This document shows positions 36,877-42,711 of a stretch of DNA of 42,711 nt, in pieces. The notes beneath the pieces are model-generated. The model was not told the DNA's origin, searched no databases, and was given only the letters and a program-made list of their open reading frames with translations. The stretch lies in the NCBI GenBank assembly GCA_045862955.1, contig BTVI01000027.1, positions 1 to 42,711 on the forward strand. Direction: 5' to 3'. The translations under genes were made by a program, and so were the position numbers. Source of the stretch: Fimbriimonadales bacterium (GTDB taxonomy: Bacteria > Armatimonadota > Fimbriimonadia > Fimbriimonadales > JABRVX01). Within the stretch, counting starts at the first letter, position 1, and each line of letters begins with the position of its first letter.

Positions 36877-38067
36877 ATGGGTTACTTCCGACTAGTGGAC
36901 GGGGCGGTGCTCTCGGCGAGTCAGCAGAACCGTAACTGGAGCGACTTCGAGACGTTGTCGCGCCTATCGCAGGGGCATGTGGTATTGAGCGGCCTCACGC
37001 TATCGGCGGGCCAGGGACTATCCGTGACCGTGGCAGAGGGGGCGGCCTCGCTCGATAAGTTGGTGGAAGTCGCGGAAACCGAGATCGTCGGCTTGCCACC
37101 CTCGAGCACCACATACGTCTGGCTGCGCGAGGACGGAACATTCACGCTGACACCGACCCTTACCCCGCCCATGGGGACTCACACCTTGCTCGGTTCCGCG
37201 ACGACGGGTACCGATAGCGTCATCGGAGTGGATACTTCCATCGCATGGCGCGGGCAGCGCGTGGAAGACTCTGTCCGACAGGTGACGGGGCCGAACGCAC
37301 TGACCGTGATGCTGAACGCTGTTAAGGTGGGAATCGGCACCGATAGCCCGTCGGAGGCTTTGCACGTGTCCGGGGCTGCGCGTGCGGACGCACTTAGCCT
37401 CCCGGAGCGCACAGCCCCGCCCACTGGAATTGCCAATCGTGGCTTCTTGTTCACGTTGGACGTCGGTGGACGGACCGAGCTGTTCTACCGCGACGATGGG
37501 GGCAACGACACGCAGATCACTTCGGAAGGCGGGCTTGCTCCGGGTGGTTTTCTGCTGCTCTCCGGCGGCACCATGGCGGGTGACATCGCGATGGGTGGGC
37601 ACCGGGTGACCGGCCTGGCTGCGGGGCAAGCCTCCTCGGACGCGGTGCGGCTGTCGCAGCTCCTTGCGCACAGCATTCGCACCTTTGCAGTACACACGGG
37701 TTCGTGGGCGCAGCTTCAGAACACCACGCGGTTCTTGCCGCTCGTTGGCTACCGCGGGCCGTCCACCGGGAACGAGGCATATGCGCAGGTTCGTCTGTAC
37801 GACCAGTCGCACACGCTGCGCAACCTCAGGGTCTTCGTCAGCGCCAACAGCACGCTGGCCGATTCGACGGTAACGCTGCGGGCGGACGGGAGCGACACGG
37901 GCCTCTCCGTCGCGATTCCCGCGGGGCAGACGGGGGAGTTCGAGAACACCAGTGGGAGTGCGGAGCTCTCGGCGGGCTCCCGGGCGTGCTACAAGGTGTT
38001 CGCGGGCGCAGGCGGCACCGGAATGATCACGGTGGAGACGATCCAGGTGGACTCGCTGAGCGCGTAG
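36877..38067 (+). CDS. Putative tail fibre / receptor-binding protein
   Basis: VLSGL.LSAG.GLSVTVA.G, VGIGT.SP...LHV.G and LSGGTM.GDI.MGG..VTGL......DAV motifs typical of fibre shafts; AGGAG RBS; last gene of the cluster. Confidence 0.7.
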   Translation: MGYFRLVDGAVLSASQQNRNWSDFETLSRLSQGHVVLSGLTLSAGQGLSVTVAEGAASLDKLVEVAETEIVGLPPSSTTYVWLREDGTFTLTPTLTPPMGTHTLLGSATTGTDSVIGVDTSIAWRGQRVEDSVRQVTGPNALTVMLNAVKVGIGTDSPSEALHVSGAARADALSLPERTAPPTGIANRGFLFTLDVGGRTELFYRDDGGNDTQITSEGGLAPGGFLLLSGGTMAGDIAMGGHRVTGLAAGQASSDAVRLSQLLAHSIRTFAVHTGSWAQLQNTTRFLPLVGYRGPSTGNEAYAQVRLYDQSHTLRNLRVFVSANSTLADSTVTLRADGSDTGLSVAIPAGQTGEFENTSGSAELSAGSRACYKVFAGAGGTGMITVETIQVDSLSA

Positions 38068-38499
38068 AGAACGGCGGAGCTCCGCCGCGGCGAGGCGCTC
38101 AGTCGGGAATGAAGCCGAAGGCTCGATGTCCTGCCTTCATGCCGTTGCTTCGGGACGACTCGTTCGCGGACCTCTGCGTGTTGCGAAACAGAGCCCGGGC
38201 CGGCGTATTGCTGCTGCTCCCGTCGCAGCGCCACCAGGGTATGGGTAGGTGCTATCACGCGGCGTTCGCAGAGGCGGCGCCGAGAACCGAAGAGGGTCGG
38301 CCACCCGCCGATCGCACGGGCCCGTCAGCGCAGCCTTCTCGCTGAGGCCTTGGTAAGGAAGAGGGGTGCCGACTCGCTCGCTCTTTTCGGTCTGGAAGCC
38401 CGCGCGAGCCCGCTGCCCTGTGACTTTTCACAGAGTGATCCGACAATCCTTATGACACATCAGGCGTTTGCGCCTGAGCTATGGAGGAAAGTGCGGTTC

Positions 38500-39138
38500 A
38501 TGGCTGTGAACAAACAGAACACGCCGAATACCGGCAACGTTGAGAACAAGAACGTAGGGACCTCGACGTACAGGCTCATCGGTGGGACGGCAACGGTCAC
38601 CAAGCCTGTGAAGAAGAGCGGCTCTACCAAGGCCAAGCGGACGACGAAGACGACGGCGCAGACCACCCGAACGGTCAAGCCGAAGGCCGTGACCAAGAGG
38701 ACCACCTCGGTCCGCCGGACCACGACGACGACCCAGAAGTTCGGCGCCTACACCGGCACTGCAACCGCTCCGCAGTTCCTGCCGTTCTTCAACATCAAGT
38801 TCGAGAAGCTGACCAACGGCATCAAGTGGCAGCTCATCAGCAACACGCCGGACGCCGTGAAGAGCCTGCAGAACTACTTCCAGATCTACTCGGGCAGCAT
38901 GGTTAGCCTGAACATCCTGCAGAACGGCATCCCGTGGTTCAGCTTCAACTTCGCCTTCGGTAACTGCACCTGGAAGCCGGCCGCCAACGGCGTCTGGTAC
39001 CTCTGCAACACCACCGACAAGGACTACATCAAGGCGTTGCACATGTTCGTAGACCTTGCGAACTACAGCATGAAGTGGGGCTCGACCTGCTGCCTCTCCA
39101 TTGGCGGCAACCCCCTTTGCTGCTGCTACTCGAAGTAG
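38500..39138 (+). CDS. Hypothetical protein with Lys/Thr/Arg-rich N-terminal tail and Cys-rich C-terminus
   Basis: GGAGG RBS, strong C/G third-position bias, downstream hairpin. Confidence 0.85.
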   Translation: MAVNKQNTPNTGNVENKNVGTSTYRLIGGTATVTKPVKKSGSTKAKRTTKTTAQTTRTVKPKAVTKRTTSVRRTTTTTQKFGAYTGTATAPQFLPFFNIKFEKLTNGIKWQLISNTPDAVKSLQNYFQIYSGSMVSLNILQNGIPWFSFNFAFGNCTWKPAANGVWYLCNTTDKDYIKALHMFVDLANYSMKWGSTCCLSIGGNPLCCCYSK

Positions 39139-39163
39139 TCCGGTAAGGCGACTTGTGATGCGA

Positions 39164-39189
39164 GGGGCCCGACCGAATGGTCGGGCCCC
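39164..39189. terminator. Hairpin between convergent genes
   Basis: GGGGCCCGACC-GAAT-GGTCGGGCCCC perfect 11-bp stem; weak U tract. Confidence 0.6.
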
Positions 39190-39212
39190 GGTTCGTTGAC
39201 TTGAGGGCCGAC

Positions 39213-39443
39213 TCAGTTCATCGAGAGGTATTCTTCGGCTTCGGCGCGTTGGCGTTCCATCTCAGCCTCCGGGTCCACGATTGCGGGCGGGTGGTGCGGG
39301 GGGCGCATCGTGCCGAAGAAGGGCGACATCCATCCCCAGGCCGTGCGCGGCAGCGCGATCTCGCCGGGAGGTTCCGGCATAGGCAGTTCGTCGTCCTCTA
39401 GGTAATCAGCGTCGTCGAATCGAGCTTCATCTTCCCCATACAT
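39213..39443 (-). CDS. Small acidic, Pro-rich hypothetical protein (76 aa)
   Basis: GGAGGT RBS before the ATG at 39443; non-random acidic composition. Confidence 0.65.
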   Translation of the reverse strand: MYGEDEARFDDADYLEDDELPMPEPPGEIALPRTAWGWMSPFFGTMRPPHHPPAIVDPEAEMERQRAEAEEYLSMN

Positions 39444-39772
39444 GGGCCACCTCCGAGACGTTCGGAGAAACGTCGATCCCTGACGTGCAATGGCCGAGCC
39501 AGAGCGACCCGCGCCGGTACTGGGTGTCCGGACGCGGGTCCCGCTGCGTCCGCACACAGCGCATCCATTCCGTGAGTGCGCTACCATGGTACACACTCGC
39601 TTTCCCGGTTGCGGCCCCGCAGATCGGCGAGATTTCGGCCGCCTGCAGTCGCAACCGGCAGAATTGCTTGGCCGCTAAGCGAAACTTCGAAAGCGGGTCG
39701 TGAGGTACCAGGCTCGGGGGAAAGGCTCAGGCCTGCTCGACGGGAAGTCTGCGGGCCATCCTTGCGGAAGTG

Positions 39773-39801
39773 TTGACATTCGGTGAATCGTGTGTTAACA
39801 T
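39773..39801 (+). promoter_or_regulatory. Putative sigma70 promoter of the PEP-CTERM gene
   Basis: TTGACA 39773-39778, 17-bp spacer, extended TG-n-TAACAT at 39793-39801. Confidence 0.65.
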
Positions 39802-39916
39802 AGGCAAGTCGCGGGCCTGCGTGCCCGTGCCGAATGTTTCCGTGTTTTTCTTTGCTATTGTGCCGCTCCTTCCCGTGGATGCAAGCTAATCGCAATCACG
39901 CAAAGGAGATTGGACA

Positions 39917-40804
39917 ATGCTCACCAGAAGCTTGCTGCTGGCCGCGTTCGTTACGGGCGCGATTAGCGTGGCGTTCGCGGATCTCTCCGAGCAGGAGCCC
40001 AATGACACCTTCCCCGGCACTCACATCGGCACGCTGAACAACGGGGAGAACATCACCGGCTCGATGACCTCGAGCGACGACGACTTTCATTACTTCGACA
40101 CGGCAGCCAACGGCTATGCCGCGCTTCGGCGGTACGTGTTCGACGTGAATGTCGATCCCGGGAATGGTGATTCGTACCTGTACATCTACGATACGAGCCC
40201 CGAGGGCTGGATCCTCGGCAACAACGACGACGTGAACTATCCAGCGGACGCAACGAGCTGGGTCAGCTTCGACCTGTTCGACTCAGGGGGAACGAACACC
40301 TGGGGCTACTACATGTGGGGCTACAACTCGTTCAACTATTGGCTGAACGTCTCGTGGTATGACCTCACGCCGACCTTCGCTGGTACGTTCGGACCCGGAG
40401 CGCTGAACATCAACACTTTCGCTGCGGACTTCGACACCGAGCTGTCGTTCTTCGACGGCTCCGGCAACTTCATCGCCTCGAACGACGACTTCAGCGGCAC
40501 GAGGTCGAATTTGGACCTGGTGCTGTCTCCGGGGCTGTACTACCTTTGCCTCGGTGGCTACAACACCCGGGATCCCGGCGATGCGATCAGCGGTGGCGGG
40601 TCGTGGGACCGCTCGGGAGCCGGTGGTGGGATCGACACCCGCGGCGGCAACTACGGCCTGAACATAGGTGGGACGCTAATCAACGGCACCCTGGCACAGG
40701 GTGACCGCCACTGGTTCACGATCGAGGTCGTTCCGGAGCCCGGCACCTACGCCGCGATGGCGACCGGCCTTCTCGGGCTGCTCGCTCTTCGCCGACGCAA
40801 GTAG
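39917..40804 (+). CDS. PEP-CTERM sorting domain surface protein with PPC-like domains
   Basis: Signal peptide, EQEPNDT, two DS/DT.L...D......NDD repeats, VPEPGTYAAMATGLLGLLALRRRK tail; AAAGGAG RBS. Confidence 0.92.
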   Translation: MLTRSLLLAAFVTGAISVAFADLSEQEPNDTFPGTHIGTLNNGENITGSMTSSDDDFHYFDTAANGYAALRRYVFDVNVDPGNGDSYLYIYDTSPEGWILGNNDDVNYPADATSWVSFDLFDSGGTNTWGYYMWGYNSFNYWLNVSWYDLTPTFAGTFGPGALNINTFAADFDTELSFFDGSGNFIASNDDFSGTRSNLDLVLSPGLYYLCLGGYNTRDPGDAISGGGSWDRSGAGGGIDTRGGNYGLNIGGTLINGTLAQGDRHWFTIEVVPEPGTYAAMATGLLGLLALRRRK

Positions 40805-40828
40805 TCACGGACTCTGACATGCCTGTGT

Positions 40829-40862
40829 GAGGCGGGGCCGAACGGCCCCGCCTCCTCACTTT
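40829..40862 (+). terminator. Putative intrinsic terminator
   Basis: GAGGCGGGGCCG-AA-CGGCCCCGCCTC inverted repeat right after the PEP-CTERM gene; short T run. Confidence 0.6.
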
Positions 40863-40926
40863 GCAGCCGCCCCCCTCGTCTGCATCACCGCGCGGGGCGG
40901 CCTTTCGGTATCATTGCTCACTCGTA

Positions 40927-42261
40927 ATGAGCGGAGAAGCCTACAAGATCGTCACCTGGGGTTGCCAAATGAACGAGGAAGACAGCGAGCAGATATCGCT
41001 CTTCCTCGACGAGCGCGGCATGCACCCTGCTGACACCATCCGGGATGCTAGCGTGGTGATCCTGAACACTTGCTCCGTCCGCGCCAAGCCCGAACAGAAG
41101 GCCTTTTCGCTGCTCGGACGCTTGAAGAAGCTGAAGAAAGAGCGGCCAGACCTGGTGATCGGAGTGGTCGGCTGCATGGCTCAGCTCAAGGGGGCGAGCA
41201 TCCGTAGCAGGGCGACGCATGTGGATTTCGTCGTCGGTACACGAGACCTGGCCGTGATCCCCGAGCTGGTGGAGCAAACGAAAGAGCGGCGAGGCTTCGC
41301 TCTGCGCACGGAGATGCCGGAGCGCAAGGGCGCCGTAGTGACCGACCTGCCCGGACGGGCTTCGGGGAGAAAGCCGAAGCTAAAAGCCTTCGTGCCCATC
41401 CAGTATGGATGCGATAAGTTCTGCACCTTCTGCGTGGTGCCGGTAACACGAGGACGGGAGCGAAGTAGGCCCACCGAAGACATCCTGCGCGAGGTTCGCG
41501 AACTGGTAGCGCAAGGGACGAGGGAGGTCACACTGCTCGGCCAGACGGTGAACAGCTATGGCAAGAACCTGCTAGAGGGCCGCGTGCCGTTCCACCTGTT
41601 GCTACGGCGACTCGCAGAGCTCGAAGGGCTGGAGCGCATCCGCTTCACGTCCCCCTACCCGAGGGACTTCTCGGACGAGCTCGTCGAGACCATTCGCGAC
41701 GTGCCGCAGGTGATGGAACACGTACACCTACCACTGCAGTCGGGTGACGACGAGGTGCTGCAGCGAATGAAGCGGGTGTACTCGGTGAACGAGTTCCTTC
41801 ATACGGTGGAGCGCTTGCGCGAGGCCGTGCCACACATCGGCATCACCACCGACCTCATCGTCGGTTTTCCGGGAGAGACGGAGGAGCAGTTCCAGCGCAC
41901 TTTAGACGTTGTGCGCGAGGTGCGGTTCGACAGTGCTTTCATGTTCGCATACTCCACCCGGCCGGGCACGAAGGCCGCCGAGATGCCGGATCAAGTGCCC
42001 GAAGAGGTGAAGGCCGAGCGCTTGAACCGCCTGATAGACCTGCAGAACGGGATCGCCGTGGAGAAGAACCGCGCTTGTGTCGGTCGCGAGTTCGAAGTGC
42101 TGATCGAAGGGCCGTCGGACAAAGACCGACGACTGCTGGCAGGGTACACGCGGGAGTTTCGAATGATGCATTTTCCCGGTGGGCCGGACCGCGCCGGCCG
42201 CCTCGCCACCGTTCGCGCCACCGAGGGGCATCTGTGGGGGATGATGGGAGAGCTGGCGTAG
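40927..42261 (+). CDS. miaB: tRNA-2-methylthio-N6-dimethylallyladenosine synthase
   Basis: TWGCQMNEEDS, LNTCSVR, GCMAQ, radical SAM CDKFCTFC, LLGQTVNSYG, IVGFPGET, C-terminal TRAM domain. Confidence 0.95.
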   Translation: MSGEAYKIVTWGCQMNEEDSEQISLFLDERGMHPADTIRDASVVILNTCSVRAKPEQKAFSLLGRLKKLKKERPDLVIGVVGCMAQLKGASIRSRATHVDFVVGTRDLAVIPELVEQTKERRGFALRTEMPERKGAVVTDLPGRASGRKPKLKAFVPIQYGCDKFCTFCVVPVTRGRERSRPTEDILREVRELVAQGTREVTLLGQTVNSYGKNLLEGRVPFHLLLRRLAELEGLERIRFTSPYPRDFSDELVETIRDVPQVMEHVHLPLQSGDDEVLQRMKRVYSVNEFLHTVERLREAVPHIGITTDLIVGFPGETEEQFQRTLDVVREVRFDSAFMFAYSTRPGTKAAEMPDQVPEEVKAERLNRLIDLQNGIAVEKNRACVGREFEVLIEGPSDKDRRLLAGYTREFRMMHFPGGPDRAGRLATVRATEGHLWGMMGELA

Positions 42262-42415
42262 GCACCGTCACGTGCCATCTCGAAGTCCGCAAGGTCGAGA
42301 GTGACGAAGCAGGATCCGAGAGTCCGCCCACGACCGTGTCTCTGTCCCTCACCGCTCGCACTGGTGATGCATGGATGGACCCGCCACGCTCAGCCTGTCG
42401 CCATGCTGCGTCTAT

Positions 42416-42539
42416 CGTCATGCTGAGGTTGACGTCATGCTGAGCCTGTCGAAGCATGACGCCGGATGCCGCGACCGCAGTATCTGAAGGCGATGACGTG
42501 CTGCCTGCGTGTGCATGCTTCGACAAGCTCAGCATGACG
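42416..42539. repeat. Inverted REP pair plus partial copy downstream of miaB
   Basis: Partial CGTCATGCTGAG at 42416-42427, full unit at 42434-42460, inverted copy at 42514-42539. Confidence 0.9.
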
Positions 42540-42711
42540 ATCGTGACGATGGTTGGACCTGCAAGAGCCACCGTGGTAAAGGCGGACGGGACGCCTGGCA
42601 GAGCCAATGCCGCCATGCTCGGCCCATGGAAGGTGGTGGTCCCTACCTGGGGCTCTAGGGCCCCAGCAGCCAGCGCACGGGTCGGGGCGCGGCCAAACCC
42701 CATCCGCCGTC

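Larger units (their letters stand above)
25515..38067 (+). mobile_element. Phage-derived virion-structural cluster (Mu-like head, non-contractile-type tail, lysis genes) without packaging, integration or replication genes
   Basis: About 16 co-directional, mostly overlapping or abutting ORFs, including recognisable Mu gpI-, gpT- and gp36-like proteins, an amidase and tail proteins; bounded by dnaE and non-phage genes. Confidence 0.88.

Noticed and set aside
25515..38067. Complete, inducible Mu-like transposable prophage
   Set aside because: No transposase A/B, repressor, terminase or portal; no recognisable Mu ends or att duplications.
30019..38067. R-type tailocin or contractile injection system
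   Set aside because: No sheath, baseplate J or spike genes recognised, and head genes are present.
38072..38087. Terminator after the tail fibre gene (CGGCGGAGCTCCGCCG)
   Set aside because: Perfect palindrome but no U tract; function cannot be supported.

Overview
GC-rich bacterial chromosome segment; the PEP-CTERM tail style suggests Armatimonadota (inference only). The left part (1-25 kb) is housekeeping/accessory: an ileS-lspA-TSUP-ispE-nucleotidyltransferase operon, a YjbH-like outer-membrane protein, a Gfo/Idh/MocA oxidoreductase, a tricorn-type S41 protease, a GHL10 hydrolase plus serine hydrolase, cheW-cheA-HDOD, a UroD-like protein, a ferritin-like protein, a Tat-exported TIM-barrel protein and dnaE. 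Two palindromic repeat arrays lie between convergent genes. Divergent from dnaE is a 12.8-kb, co-directional, apparently intact virion-structural cluster (25515-38067): Mu-like head protease, decoration protein and major capsid gpT, gp36-like adaptor, small membrane proteins, amidase, tail tube, tail chaperone with a -1 frameshift site, hub and tail-tip/fibre proteins. Within this window it has no terminase, portal, full tape-measure, integrase/transposase, repressor or replication gene. It is preceded by a perfect TTGACA-17-TATAAT promoter with an overlapping inverted repeat and a structured, terminator-containing leader, and it carries a host REP pair internally. This is the best candidate for an undescribed system: a domesticated GTA-like or other phage-derived particle. 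A decayed prophage is not excluded. The right end has an unusual basic-tailed protein, a PEP-CTERM protein and miaB. All family assignments are by motif recognition, without database searches.
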